A stretch of 64,000 nt of DNA from Eubacteriales bacterium (lineage in GTDB: Bacteria; Bacillota; Clostridia; Oscillospirales; CAG-272), in assembly GCA_045652425.1 (NCBI GenBank), contig JAZRUG010000032.1:111858-175857 (forward strand), written 5' to 3'. The position numbers were made by a program, and so were the translations under genes. Positions 10,224 through 21,122 of this stretch are shown here, in pieces; the stretch's first letter is position 1; each line of letters starts with the position of its first letter. The notes below the pieces were generated by a model, which saw only the letters and a program-made list of their open reading frames with translations, did no database searches and was not told where the DNA came from.

Positions 10224-13200
10224 TTATTTGAAAATGACATTCTCTTCGCCCAGCAGTTCAAAAAAGAACCTTAAAATATTTCCGGAAAGGTCTACTGAAC
10301 GTCCTTTCGCGCTAACATAGCTCTTTTGAGATGCATCGTAAAAAACAACTTTCGTCCTTCCTTCAAATATCTCAATAAGGTTAAGTGCCTTCTTAAACTG
10401 CTCGCTATCCATACTGCTAACTCTTAAAAAAAGTGTTTTTTCTTTGTTGGCATTTTTAATATCATTTTCTTTTTTGGGTAAATCCGGTTGTATATACTTA
10501 TATTGAGAATTTGGCTTCAACACCTCTGCCTTTTGCATAATAAGCTTAACCTCATTCTCCCCCCTTGCCGATATCTCACAGTAAAATGCAATAATATTGT
10601 CAAGAGTAAGCATATATCCGTATTCTTCCAATGCAGAAGAAAAGACTATAACCTCTATTTGTTTTGTTCTGTCTTCAATAGTCACAAAACACATCTTATC
10701 ACCGCGCCTTGTTGTCTTTTCAACTATCTTGGTAATTATTCCACACACGGAAACCCTTTGTCTGTCTTTAAATTCTCCCGTACCCTCGATTATATCTTCT
10801 CCGTCGGAAATATCAAAAGAATTAATTATAGTTTTTATCGGTACGCATTTTAACACTTTTTCGTGATTGGTGTAGTCATCAAGCAAATTTCCCGAAAAAT
10901 AAAATCCCGCGCACTCTTTTTCGTATAAAAGCTTTTCCTTTGAATCGAAGTCATTTATCTTTGGGTATTCGTAAGAATCCTCTGATTTAGCGTCTCCAAC
11001 GTTGTCAACCGAAAAGAAATCAAGCTGACCTGCAGCGTTTCTTCTATTTGTTTCAGATACGCTATCTATCATACTCTCAAAAACTGCCAAAAGTTGAGAC
11101 CTAAATACACCCGTATAATCAAAACAACCAACTTTGATAAGAGCTTCAATCTGCCTCTTGTTCAGATCTGATTCTCTCATTCGGTTAACAAAGTTTTCAA
11201 AAGAGGTAAAATCACCATTTCTCCTCTCTGAAACAACGTCATCTACAAAAGTTCTGCCCACGTTTTTTAATGCAAGTAGAGCAAACCTTATGTTGTCGCC
11301 CACAACGCTGAAGTATCCGTAGCTTTCATTAATATGGGGAGGCAAAAGTTTTATACCAAGTCTTTTGCATTCCTCTGAATAAACAACAACTTTATCCTCG
11401 TCGCCTATAACCGAAGTTAACAGCGACGCCATATATTCTTTTGGATAATGAGTTTTAAGGTATGCTGTTCTGTACGTTACAACTGCGTAAGACGCCGCGT
11501 GGCTCTTGTTAAATGCATATTTACAGAACCCTACCAATTCTTCAAAAAGCTCGGCAGCAGCAGATTCATCAATTCCCTTTTCGACCGCCTTTGAAAGAAA
11601 AGTATTCTTTTCTTTTTCAATTACGCCCGCTTTCTTTTTAGACATTGCTTTTCTTATAATATCAGCCTGTCCAAATGAGTAATCAGCAACGGTTCTGAAT
11701 ATCTGCATAACCTGCTCCTGATAAACAACACAACCAAACGTCTCTCTTAAAATGGGTTCAATAAGCTTTATTTTGTAATCTATTTCTTGACGGTTCTTTT
11801 TGTTCTCTATATATTTACCTATAGAATTCATAGGTCCCGGTCTGTAAAGCGCTATTGCCGCCATAATGTCAGCCAAACTTTCGGGTTTCAGCTGAACAAG
11901 CTTACTTCTCATACCTGCGCTTTCAAGCTGGAACAGCCCTATGGTTTCTCCGTCTGAAATATTCTTAAATGTTTCCCTGTCTTCAAAAGAAATTTTCTCA
12001 ATATCAAAGTCGGGATCTTGTTTCTTTATCGCCTTAACAGTATTTTCAATAACGGTTAAAAAGCGTAATCCCAAAAAGTCAAATTTCAACAGCCCCAGAT
12101 CAGCGACCGTATTCATATCAAACTGTGTAACGAGCGAACCCTTGGTAACAGCCATCGGAACATAATCACACACCGCTTTTTCTGTAATAACAACACCTGC
12201 TGCGTGCGTTGAAGCATGTCTGGGCATACCTTCAAGCGCTTTGGCGGTATCTATAAGTCTTCTTGTTTCAGGCTCATTTTCATACATTTCTTTTAGTTTT
12301 TCTGTTTTGAGAGCCATATCAAGCGTAACTTTATTAATATTTTCAGTAGTACCATCTTCATTTTTTACGGCTATTCGTTGTGGTACAGCTTCGGCAACCC
12401 GAGCAACGTTATTATAAGAAAGCCCCATAGCACGTCCTACGTCTCTGACGCAAGCGCGTGCCGCAAGTGTACCGAAAGTGATAATATGAGATACTCGCTC
12501 TTTGCCGTACTTACGTGACACGTAATCAAACACAAGGTCGCGTTTTTCGTCGCTAAAGTCAATATCAAAGTCGGGCATACTCACTCTTTCAGGGTTAAGG
12601 AATCGTTCAAACAAAAGACTGTGCTTAATCGAATCAACTTCTGTTATTCCTATAAGATAAGCAATAAGACTGCCTGCCCCCGAACCTCTTCCGGGCCCTG
12701 TAGGAATTTCGTGCCCTTTAGCGTAATTAACAAAATCCCAAACTATAAGGTAATATTCGGCATACCCCATCTTTGTAATAACCGACAACTCGTATTCCAT
12801 TCTCGACATATATTCATCTTTCGTATGCTCGTCGTTGAAAACAATCTGTCCGTTATTTAACTTCTTCTCAAATCCTTCCACAGCCAGAAAACGCAAGTAT
12901 TCTTGTGGACTCATTCCATTTTCGGGAGTATATCTAGGCAACAACGTATTACCGAATGTAAAATCATATTCACACATATCGGCAATTTTCTGCGTATTGC
13001 TTACCGCGTCTTCGTATTTTGAAAAAAGCGCGTTCATTTCTTCTGTTGATTTATAGTAAAACTCATCAGTCTCAAATCCGAGAGGTCTGCCCTCGGATAT
13101 AGTTGTATTCATTTGCAGACACATAAGTACTGCTTGTGTTTCTGCATCTTGCCTTCTCAAATAGTGAACATCATTTGTAGCAACAAGGGGAATACCTGTC

Positions 13201-13787
13201 TCTTCGTGTATTCTTAATAACCCTTCACTCACTTCAGCTTCAGCATCAATACCGTGATCCTGCAGTTCAAGGTAAAAATTACCTCTGCCAAAAATTTTAT
13301 CAAGTTTAACAGCATAATCCAAAGCGCCCTGATAATCATTTTTCATTATCAATTTCGGGATGGTCCCCGCCAAACAAGCCGAAAGACAAATAAGCCCCTC
13401 TGAATGCGCTTCAAGTAAATCATTATCAATTCTAGGCTTTGAGTAAAACCCTTCTTCAAAAGCCTTTGAAACCATATATATAAGATTCTTATAACCAACT
13501 TCATTTTTTACAAGAAGAATCAAGTGATTGTAACCGCTATCGGTCCCATATTCCTTATCAAATCGGGTTCTTGAAGCGACGTAGACTTCACAGCCAATAA
13601 TAGGCTTTATATCGTTAGCTTTGCAAGCCTTATAAAATTCAACAACACCGTACATAGCGCCGTGGTCGGTAATAGCTACGGCATTATGTCCCATCTCTTT
13701 CGCTATTTTCGGAATGTCGGAAATCCTGCAAGCGCCGTCGAGCAGACTGTATTCCGTATGCAAATGTAAATGAACAAATCCGCTCAT
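10224..13787 (-). CDS. dnaE: DNA polymerase III alpha subunit (DnaE)
   Basis: PHP motif HLHLHTEYSLLDG, plus GPGRGSGAGS, PDFDIDF, FNKSH and a C-terminal OB fold. Confidence 0.97.
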   Translation of the reverse strand: MSGFVHLHLHTEYSLLDGACRISDIPKIAKEMGHNAVAITDHGAMYGVVEFYKACKANDIKPIIGCEVYVASRTRFDKEYGTDSGYNHLILLVKNEVGYKNLIYMVSKAFEEGFYSKPRIDNDLLEAHSEGLICLSACLAGTIPKLIMKNDYQGALDYAVKLDKIFGRGNFYLELQDHGIDAEAEVSEGLLRIHEETGIPLVATNDVHYLRRQDAETQAVLMCLQMNTTISEGRPLGFETDEFYYKSTEEMNALFSKYEDAVSNTQKIADMCEYDFTFGNTLLPRYTPENGMSPQEYLRFLAVEGFEKKLNNGQIVFNDEHTKDEYMSRMEYELSVITKMGYAEYYLIVWDFVNYAKGHEIPTGPGRGSGAGSLIAYLIGITEVDSIKHSLLFERFLNPERVSMPDFDIDFSDEKRDLVFDYVSRKYGKERVSHIITFGTLAARACVRDVGRAMGLSYNNVARVAEAVPQRIAVKNEDGTTENINKVTLDMALKTEKLKEMYENEPETRRLIDTAKALEGMPRHASTHAAGVVITEKAVCDYVPMAVTKGSLVTQFDMNTVADLGLLKFDFLGLRFLTVIENTVKAIKKQDPDFDIEKISFEDRETFKNISDGETIGLFQLESAGMRSKLVQLKPESLADIMAAIALYRPGPMNSIGKYIENKKNRQEIDYKIKLIEPILRETFGCVVYQEQVMQIFRTVADYSFGQADIIRKAMSKKKAGVIEKEKNTFLSKAVEKGIDESAAAELFEELVGFCKYAFNKSHAASYAVVTYRTAYLKTHYPKEYMASLLTSVIGDEDKVVVYSEECKRLGIKLLPPHINESYGYFSVVGDNIRFALLALKNVGRTFVDDVVSERRNGDFTSFENFVNRMRESDLNKRQIEALIKVGCFDYTGVFRSQLLAVFESMIDSVSETNRRNAAGQLDFFSVDNVGDAKSEDSYEYPKINDFDSKEKLLYEKECAGFYFSGNLLDDYTNHEKVLKCVPIKTIINSFDISDGEDIIEGTGEFKDRQRVSVCGIITKIVEKTTRRGDKMCFVTIEDRTKQIEVIVFSSALEEYGYMLTLDNIIAFYCEISARGENEVKLIMQKAEVLKPNSQYKYIQPDLPKKENDIKNANKEKTLFLRVSSMDSEQFKKALNLIEIFEGRTKVVFYDASQKSYVSAKGRSVDLSGNILRFFFELLGEENVIFK

Positions 13788-13809
13788 ACTTTACCCACCC
13801 TTCTACTTT

Positions 13810-14574
13810 TTAAATTTCATCAGCCATCATAGTCATTTTTTTAAGTCTGTGATTAACTCCCGATTTTGAAATTCTGTCAGAATGCATTTCTGCAAGTTCT
13901 TCAAGACTTGCAAAGGGGTTATCCACCCTCAAACGAGCAGTTTCTGCAAATCCGCGCGGCAGTTCGGCAAGTTTGCCTCTTTTAATAAGTTTATTTATAG
14001 CATCAACCGATTCTTGAGCTGCATCAACCGTCTTTTGTATATTTACAACTTCAAAATTACTTCGTCTGTTTGCTTGGTTTGATATATTTCTTTTTATCTT
14101 CTCGTTTGCAAATTCAAACGCTTCTCGGCTTGAGCCCATATAATGCATCAAGTCTTCGATATCGTAACCTTTTTTTAAATAAAGGCAATAATTATCGCCT
14201 CTGGTCGTCCTTTTCATCTCAATGCAATTGTCGGAAATAAATTCAAAAAGCGCATCGGCAAGAAGTTTATTCTTTGTTTTTATCTCTAAATGAAATGACT
14301 TTTCGGGATCTGAAACAGTACCTGCTACGTAAAACACACCGCGCAAAAAACTGCTTTTACAAGTTGAACATTTAAAATTATCTCCTATTATTCTTTCGGG
14401 TTTTTCATTCTCCCCGTACCCATATTTCGTCAAATCAGTATTTTCATCCCTTTTTTTATCAGGGGTAAATAAAGTTTCACCGAAAAAGAAAGCTCGTCTG
14501 CAACACTTCTTTTTCATACTAATTTCTTTAAGATTCTTTTTTAATAAACTTGAATATGACATTGCTGTCTCCAA
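13810..14574 (-). CDS. whiA: DNA-binding protein WhiA (short form)
   Basis: FLRGVFYVAGTVSDPEKSFHLE, NRRSNFEVVN and SKSGVNHRLKK motifs. Follows rapZ. Confidence 0.88.
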   Translation of the reverse strand: METAMSYSSLLKKNLKEISMKKKCCRRAFFFGETLFTPDKKRDENTDLTKYGYGENEKPERIIGDNFKCSTCKSSFLRGVFYVAGTVSDPEKSFHLEIKTKNKLLADALFEFISDNCIEMKRTTRGDNYCLYLKKGYDIEDLMHYMGSSREAFEFANEKIKRNISNQANRRSNFEVVNIQKTVDAAQESVDAINKLIKRGKLAELPRGFAETARLRVDNPFASLEELAEMHSDRISKSGVNHRLKKMTMMADEI

Positions 14575-14579
14575 AATAA

Positions 14580-15440
14580 TCAGTACATTTTTTCAATATC
14601 TCTGTGAACAATAACTGTTTTATAGTTTTTCTTCAAATAAGCATTAAGTTCTTCAGCTATAGCAACCGAACGGTGTTTTCCGCCGGTACAGCCAACCGCT
14701 ACTGTAAGCTGTGATTTTCCCTCTTTTTCATATAAAGGAATCATATAATCAAGCATATCATATAGCTTTTGTAAAAAAAGTTGCGCTTCACCGCTTGAAA
14801 AAACATATTCTTTTACGTCCCTTTCAAGTCCGGTCTTTTCTTTTAATTCAGGTAAATAAAATGGATTTGGAAAACATCTAACATCAAAAACCAGATCGGC
14901 ATCAGACACAATTCCATTTTTAAAACCAAAAGACATACATGTTACAACCAGCTCTTTTTTGTTAGTGTTAGTGTGAATTGTAAGCATCTTTTCTCTAAAC
15001 TGTCTGACGGAAAGATATGAAGTATTAATAATATAGTCAGCATATTCTTTGATAGGAGAAAGCATACTCCTCTCAAGTTCAATAGCACCGCGCGTATTTA
15101 CGTTTTTTATTGGAACGAGCGGGTGTATTCTTCTGCTCTCCTTGTATCGGTTTATAAGAATCGAATCATCGCAATCAATAAACACCGTAGTACAACTGTA
15201 TCCTCTGTCTTTCAAAGCATCAAGCTCTGAAATAAGAGTCTCAAATTCAATTTCTCCTCTAACGTCTATAACAAACGCTACCTTTGAGTTTTTATTTGGT
15301 GTCTGATTATACATTTCTGCAAACTTTGGAATAAATGCAACCGGCATATTGTCTATACACAAATACCCCATATCTTCCAATGTATTTGCCGCGCATGATT
15401 TTCCCGAACCTGACATTCCTGTTAAAATAACAAATTCCAT
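14580..15440 (-). CDS. rapZ: RNase adapter RapZ / YvcJ P-loop protein
   Basis: TGMSGSGKS, DNMP, SFGFKNG, DVRCFPNP and GCTGGKHRSV motifs. Confidence 0.95.
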   Translation of the reverse strand: MEFVILTGMSGSGKSCAANTLEDMGYLCIDNMPVAFIPKFAEMYNQTPNKNSKVAFVIDVRGEIEFETLISELDALKDRGYSCTTVFIDCDDSILINRYKESRRIHPLVPIKNVNTRGAIELERSMLSPIKEYADYIINTSYLSVRQFREKMLTIHTNTNKKELVVTCMSFGFKNGIVSDADLVFDVRCFPNPFYLPELKEKTGLERDVKEYVFSSGEAQLFLQKLYDMLDYMIPLYEKEGKSQLTVAVGCTGGKHRSVAIAEELNAYLKKNYKTVIVHRDIEKMY

Positions 15441-15479
15441 AAATTTCTACCCTATTTTTTTGCGTTCTTTTAATTGATT

Positions 15480-16388
15480 TTAGTCTATATACTTGACTTC
15501 CTCTTGGATATCTAAATCGTATTTCTCTTTTATTTTCTGCTTTATTATCTTGATAAGCTCTTTGATATCCTTCGATGTAGCGTTACCCTTATTTATAACA
15601 AACCCTGCATGTTTTTCAGATACTTGTGCGCCGCCGACAGAAAAACCTTTTAATCCAAGTTCATCAATCATCTGTGCAGTATAATGTCCCTCGCATCTTT
15701 TAAACGTGCTTCCGGCACTCGGATACTCAAGTGGCTGTTTTTCTTTTCTTGCAGCCATATATCCGTCCATTTCAGCCTTTATTTCTGCGGGATCTTTCTG
15801 CTTTAATTCAAACACTGCAGAAAGGATAACGTTATTATTCGTTTCATAAATACTATCCCTATAACCGAATTTATGTCCTGCATTATACAATTCGCATCTT
15901 TTCGATATAGAAAGGTCAAAATATGCGCTTTTCTGTAAAACGTCTTTTATTTCACCGCCGTATGCGCCCGCATTCATATATACGGCTCCGCCGACAGTTC
16001 CTGGAATACCGTAAGCAAATTCAAGCCCCGACAAACCGTGTTTCTGCGCATAAACCGCAAGGGCTGTCAAAGACACCCCGCACTCTGCGTACAATGTATT
16101 TCTTGTCTTTCGTATTTTCTTTAGGTGGTTGGTTATAACAACGACACCCCTATATCCTTCATCGGCAAAAATTAAATTACTGCCGTTTCCAACAACCGTG
16201 TATTTTATTCCCTCGTCATTAAGATAATCAACCAATGCACATAATGCACTTTCTGACTTTGGATATGCAACGTAATCTGCATATCCGCCCACTTTCATGG
16301 TCGAATGTTCAGCAAGTGAAACATTCTTTTCAAAATCAAGGGACGCACATTCCTTCATAAATTGCTCTAAATTAGAACACTCAAACAT
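15480..16388 (-). CDS. murB: UDP-N-acetylenolpyruvoylglucosamine reductase
   Basis: GNGSN, GIPGTVGGAVYMNAGAYG, QPLEYPSAGSTFKR and SEKHAGF motifs. Confidence 0.96.
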   Translation of the reverse strand: MFECSNLEQFMKECASLDFEKNVSLAEHSTMKVGGYADYVAYPKSESALCALVDYLNDEGIKYTVVGNGSNLIFADEGYRGVVVITNHLKKIRKTRNTLYAECGVSLTALAVYAQKHGLSGLEFAYGIPGTVGGAVYMNAGAYGGEIKDVLQKSAYFDLSISKRCELYNAGHKFGYRDSIYETNNNVILSAVFELKQKDPAEIKAEMDGYMAARKEKQPLEYPSAGSTFKRCEGHYTAQMIDELGLKGFSVGGAQVSEKHAGFVINKGNATSKDIKELIKIIKQKIKEKYDLDIQEEVKYID

Positions 16389-16465
16389 AATATTTCCCCT
16401 TTAGTCTTTGTAAAAAATCAATATACCGTTAGTATATGTCATCATAATTACAAACTTCACATATT

Positions 16466-18157
16466 TTAATATTTTTTAGAAGTATCAAGCAATTCTTTCG
16501 CACTCGAAAGTAAAACTTCTGTTATATCCTGACCGCCCATTATTCTTGCGATTTCTCTTATTCTCGCAGAATAATCTAAAACAGTAACTTCCGTCTCTAC
16601 TCTTCCATTACGTTCATTTTTTGAAATATACAAATGCTCGTCAGCCAATGCTGCTATTTGCGCCGAATGTGTTATACAAATAACCTGACAGCTTTCCGAC
16701 GTTTGTTTTAATTTTATGCCGATTTTTTGAGAAGTCTTACCCGAAACACCCGCATCTACCTCATCGAATACAACTGTTCCCGTACTCTCTTTTTCTCTTA
16801 ATACACTCTTTATAGCAAGCATAATTCTGGATAGTTCACCGCCTGATGCTATTTTTGATAACGGCTTCAACGGTTCACCGGGATTTGCAGAAAGCATAAA
16901 ACTAACATCATCTTTACCTTTAGGCGTAAACTTACCGCAATCTTCAACAAGTGCTTTAAATTTAACCTTTGGCATTTCAAGAAAGGATAAACAATCACAA
17001 ACAGAGTTTTCAAGCATTTCTGCCGTTTTAAGTCTGTTTTGTGTTATGACCTTTGCAACCTTTTCAGCTTTTTGTTTAATCTCGTTATATTCTCTCTGTA
17101 ATTCTTCCGTTTTTTCTTCGCTTCGCGTTATGTTATCTAACTCTTCGGCTCTCTTGTCTCTGTATTCAAGTATCTCTTCTACGGTGTTACCATATTTTCT
17201 CTTTAGCTTATGAATAACGTCAAGCCTTGACTGCACTTCGTTTAATTCAAGCAAAGGATCGAGACTGATATCACCCACGGCATCTTTTGCGCTAATGGCT
17301 ATCTCTTCCATTTCATAAGCAAAATTATTAAGTTTATCTGCCATTTCTTGGAAGTCCGGTATCATATCGGATACCGAATTCAATGCATCTGCTGACTTTC
17401 TCGCTAAAGTCGATGCCGTAACCCCTTTGTCGTTTGAATAAAGTGCTTTATAACAAAATCTAATTTGTTTTGAAATGTTTTCGCTGTTTCGCAAAACACT
17501 TTCTCTTGACAAAAGTTGTTCTTCTTCGCCACTCTTCAATTTGGCATTATCTATATCTTTGATTTGATACGTCAATATCTCGGTAAGTCTTTCTTTTTCG
17601 CCCTCGCTAATCTGTATCTCTTTTATTTTGGCGGCAATATCGTTCAGCTTTTCGTAGTATTCTTTGTATTCCGAAAGACTTTGTCCGTTTTCTGCAAAAG
17701 AATCTAAAATGTCTATATGATATTTACTTTCAAGCAGGTATTTACTGTCGTGCTGACCGTGAATGTTTATCAAAAGACCTGCTGCCTCTTTCAAAATAGA
17801 CGCAGTACACGCTCTTCCGTTTATCTTTACTTGAGATTTTCCGTCTGTATTAAGGGTTCTCTGCAAAAACATTTCTCCGTTCTCATCAGCTGAAAAGCCA
17901 AGTTCAAAAAGTTTATCAAGAACATCTTTAGGTATATCCGTAAAAATTGCAGAAACAAGCGCACCGTTTTCTCCGTTTCTTATGAGTTCTTTTCCCGTAC
18001 GGTTACCCATTAAAAAATTAATAGAATCAATTATAATGGATTTACCGGCACCTGTCTCACCTGTCAAAACCGTAAAACCTTTGCATAAATCAATATCTGC
18101 GCTCTTTATAACAGCAATATTTTCTATATGTAATGATGAAAGCATTTTTGCATTCAC
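16466..18157 (-). CDS. recN: DNA repair protein RecN
   Basis: LTGETGAGKS, IHGQH, KIASGGELSRIMLA, FDEVDAG and CITH motifs. Confidence 0.96.
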   Translation of the reverse strand: MNAKMLSSLHIENIAVIKSADIDLCKGFTVLTGETGAGKSIIIDSINFLMGNRTGKELIRNGENGALVSAIFTDIPKDVLDKLFELGFSADENGEMFLQRTLNTDGKSQVKINGRACTASILKEAAGLLINIHGQHDSKYLLESKYHIDILDSFAENGQSLSEYKEYYEKLNDIAAKIKEIQISEGEKERLTEILTYQIKDIDNAKLKSGEEEQLLSRESVLRNSENISKQIRFCYKALYSNDKGVTASTLARKSADALNSVSDMIPDFQEMADKLNNFAYEMEEIAISAKDAVGDISLDPLLELNEVQSRLDVIHKLKRKYGNTVEEILEYRDKRAEELDNITRSEEKTEELQREYNEIKQKAEKVAKVITQNRLKTAEMLENSVCDCLSFLEMPKVKFKALVEDCGKFTPKGKDDVSFMLSANPGEPLKPLSKIASGGELSRIMLAIKSVLREKESTGTVVFDEVDAGVSGKTSQKIGIKLKQTSESCQVICITHSAQIAALADEHLYISKNERNGRVETEVTVLDYSARIREIARIMGGQDITEVLLSSAKELLDTSKKY

Positions 18158-18173
18158 CCCTTTTTGCTAAAAC

Positions 18174-18629
18174 TTATTTTTGAGCGATAAGATTGTTGAA
18201 TTTTGAATAAAATTCCTTTGCGCTCTCATCACTGCGCATAATTATCAAAATAGTATCATCTCCGGCTACAGAGCCTACCATTTCATTCCACCCCATATTA
18301 TCTATAGCCGCTGCAGCCGCTTGAGCCATACCCGAATACGTCTTTAATACAACCGTATGACAAGCAAAATCTGCGCTGATGAGTGTCTCTCGAAGAATAT
18401 TTTTATATTTAACCGATATTTTTATATCATCTTTAGGAGCTACAGCATATTTATATGACATACCGTCAACAGACACCTTGATAAGATTAAGTTCGCGAAT
18501 ATCACGCGAAGCCGTTGCCTGCGTAACGTTATATCCCTCTTTGCCTAATCTGGCAGTCAACTCCTCTTGAGTTTCGACGTTGTAACGTTCTATTATCTCA
18601 AGTATTTTCTTCTGTCTTTCTTTTTTCAT
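18174..18629 (-). CDS. argR: Arginine repressor
   Basis: TQEEL, TQATASRDI and GSVAGDDTI motifs. Confidence 0.95.
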   Translation of the reverse strand: MKKERQKKILEIIERYNVETQEELTARLGKEGYNVTQATASRDIRELNLIKVSVDGMSYKYAVAPKDDIKISVKYKNILRETLISADFACHTVVLKTYSGMAQAAAAAIDNMGWNEMVGSVAGDDTILIIMRSDESAKEFYSKFNNLIAQK

Positions 18630-18644
18630 TTCAAACCCTCTTTT

Positions 18645-19493
18645 TTATATTTCGGTCATCTTACTGCGCATAACGCTGTAAAAGTTATTTTTCTTTATTT
18701 TTATAAGTTTGGTATATACGTCGCTCTTTTTTACCGTAACAACGTCTCCCTCTTCTATTTCACAAACAACTTCACCGTCGCCCGTCAAAACGACTTTGCC
18801 GTGTCCTCTGCTGCCCTTTCTGAATTCAAGAACCGAAGATCCTCCGAAAATCAACGGCTTTGCGTAAAAAGATTGAGGACAAATTTGAGACACTCCGAAA
18901 CACTCCATGCCGGGATCAATTATCGAACCGCCCGCAGCAAGTGAATATGCGGTAGAGCCCGTCGGTGTAGCGCATATCAAGCCGTCAGCAAAATACTTAC
19001 CAACCTCTTCTCCGTTACAAACAAGTTCAATCTCAGGCATAACCGAATAACCGCCTTTAGACAGTACAACTTCATTCAACACATTTGCTTCAGCTGTTTT
19101 CACTCCGTTCTTCTTAACAGTATAATTAAGCATCATTCTGTTTTCGATAGAAAAATTATCACAAAGAAGCTCTTTAAGCATTTGAAGTTCATCGGTTTCA
19201 AGTTCTGCAATGTAACCTATTCTTCCTAAATTCACACCAAGTATGGGAAGTTTTGTTCTATGGGCGGTACGCATTATAGAACCATCGCCACCAAAAACTA
19301 TTACACATTCCGCTTCGTTACAAACTACGTCCTCATCACAGTAAAAAACATTTTCTCTGTCGCCTATATATTTCTTGTCCGATTCCGGAAGATATAAAAT
19401 ACATCTATGTTCGGACAATATATCAACAGTCTCCCGCGCAACGTTAAGTCCATCTTCTGTATCATTTTTTATAATCAATGCAATCTTTTTCAT
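18645..19493 (-). CDS. nadK: NAD(+) kinase
   Basis: GGDGS, LNEV and DGLICATPTGSTAYSLAAGG motifs. Confidence 0.95.
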   Translation of the reverse strand: MKKIALIIKNDTEDGLNVARETVDILSEHRCILYLPESDKKYIGDRENVFYCDEDVVCNEAECVIVFGGDGSIMRTAHRTKLPILGVNLGRIGYIAELETDELQMLKELLCDNFSIENRMMLNYTVKKNGVKTAEANVLNEVVLSKGGYSVMPEIELVCNGEEVGKYFADGLICATPTGSTAYSLAAGGSIIDPGMECFGVSQICPQSFYAKPLIFGGSSVLEFRKGSRGHGKVVLTGDGEVVCEIEEGDVVTVKKSDVYTKLIKIKKNNFYSVMRSKMTEI

Positions 19494-19512
19494 ATAGTTT
19501 TGCTCCGATATG

Positions 19513-20241
19513 TTATTTTTTCAACTTAAATAAAGCTAAAAACTCTTTATTTCCGTCGCCGCCTCGAATGGGGGAATCAACTATTTTAATACATTCAAGT
19601 CCGTAAATCGAAGCATTTTCTTTTATATCTTCACAAACTCTCTTGTGTATTTTTTCATTCTTCACTATACCATTTTTTCCAATATATGATTTACCTGCTT
19701 CAAACTGGGGTTTTATCAAAGAGATAAACATTCCACCATTTTTTAACACCGAAGAAACACCATGATAAAGAATCGTTTGTGATATAAAAGAAACGTCCAT
19801 AACCGCTAAATCAACTTCTTCACCTAAATCTTTTTCAGAAAGCTGTCTCGCGTTAAACTCTTCCATACAAACAACTCTGTCATCTTCACGAAGTTTAGGA
19901 TGAAGCTGGTCCTTGCCCGAATCTATAGCAAAAACCTTTGATGCCCCCCTTTGTAAAAGACAATCTGTAAATCCACCGGTTGATGAACCAATATCAACAC
20001 ACACCAAATCTTTTACATCTACCCCAAAAGAATCAAGAGCACCCTCAAGTTTAAAACCACCTCTGCCAACGTACGGACAAAAGTTTCCGACTATCTCTAT
20101 TTTTTCCGAGCCATCAACACAAAATGCAGGTTTTGTTATAATATTTCCGTTAACCGAAACGTATCCGTTCTTTATATTGTCCGTTGCTTTTTTTCGGCTT
20201 TCAAAGATATTATTGTCAGTTAAATATACATCAAGACGCAT
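19513..20241 (-). CDS. tlyA: TlyA family rRNA methyltransferase
   Basis: S4 domain, plus YVGRGGFKL, DIGSSTGGFTD, LIKPQFE and SPIRGGDGNKEF. Confidence 0.95.
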   Translation of the reverse strand: MRLDVYLTDNNIFESRKKATDNIKNGYVSVNGNIITKPAFCVDGSEKIEIVGNFCPYVGRGGFKLEGALDSFGVDVKDLVCVDIGSSTGGFTDCLLQRGASKVFAIDSGKDQLHPKLREDDRVVCMEEFNARQLSEKDLGEEVDLAVMDVSFISQTILYHGVSSVLKNGGMFISLIKPQFEAGKSYIGKNGIVKNEKIHKRVCEDIKENASIYGLECIKIVDSPIRGGDGNKEFLALFKLKK

Positions 20242-20243
20242 TT

Positions 20244-21122
20244 TTAATTCTTTCTTTCAAGCAAGTAATACGCAAGTTCTTTCAATACTTCAGCATCTTC
20301 CCCTTGGCCGATAACGTCACAAGCTTCTTCGGTAAGTTTTTTTGCGTATTCTGCTGCCTCTTCAAGCGACATAAAATCCATATAAGTAGTCTTATTGTTT
20401 TCTGCATCACTGCCTATTGGCTTACCTAACGTTTCTTCATCACTTGTCACGTCAAGAATATCGTCAACTACCTGAAATGCAAGACCTATATTATGTCCGT
20501 AAGTTTTAGCGCTTTCTATATATTTCTCGCCGTTTTCTGAAGTACAACAACCGAGAACGCAAGCCGCTTGAATAAGCGCACTCGTCTTTAAATCATGAAC
20601 ATGGTGAAGCTCGTTTCTATTAAGTTTTCTCGTTTCGCCTTCAAGGTCAAGAACCTGTCCTCCGACCATACCGCAAGGACCGGCATATTTAGCAAGATAT
20701 GCAACCGCTTTTGCCGCAAGTGAAGGTTCAACGTATTTATTTGATGCGCATACTTCAAAAGCGTAAGTCAGTAAAGCATCTCCTGCCAACAATGCGTTCG
20801 CTTCACCGTAAACAATATGGTTTGACGGCTTCCCTCTCCTCATATCGTCATCATCCATACAGGGCAAGTCGTCGTGAATAAGCGAATATGCGTGTATCAT
20901 TTCTAAAGCGCACGCAAAAGGAACAGCCGACTCAACCGTACCGCCGGAAAGCCGCGCAAACATAAGAGTCAAAAATGCTCTTATTCTTTTACCGCCCGCC
21001 ATAGTCGTATATTTCATTGATTCAAACAACTTCGGAAACATCTCGTCCTTTGTAGCAAGATATTTTTCGAGTGCTTCGTCAATAAGTAAAAGATCCGATT
21101 TCAGTAAATCCTTGAAGCTCAT
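20244..21122 (-). CDS. ispA: Farnesyl diphosphate synthase / polyprenyl synthetase
   Basis: GGKRIR, SLIHDDLPCMDDDDMRRG and FQVVDDILD motifs. Confidence 0.93.
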   Translation of the reverse strand: MSFKDLLKSDLLLIDEALEKYLATKDEMFPKLFESMKYTTMAGGKRIRAFLTLMFARLSGGTVESAVPFACALEMIHAYSLIHDDLPCMDDDDMRRGKPSNHIVYGEANALLAGDALLTYAFEVCASNKYVEPSLAAKAVAYLAKYAGPCGMVGGQVLDLEGETRKLNRNELHHVHDLKTSALIQAACVLGCCTSENGEKYIESAKTYGHNIGLAFQVVDDILDVTSDEETLGKPIGSDAENNKTTYMDFMSLEEAAEYAKKLTEEACDVIGQGEDAEVLKELAYYLLERKN

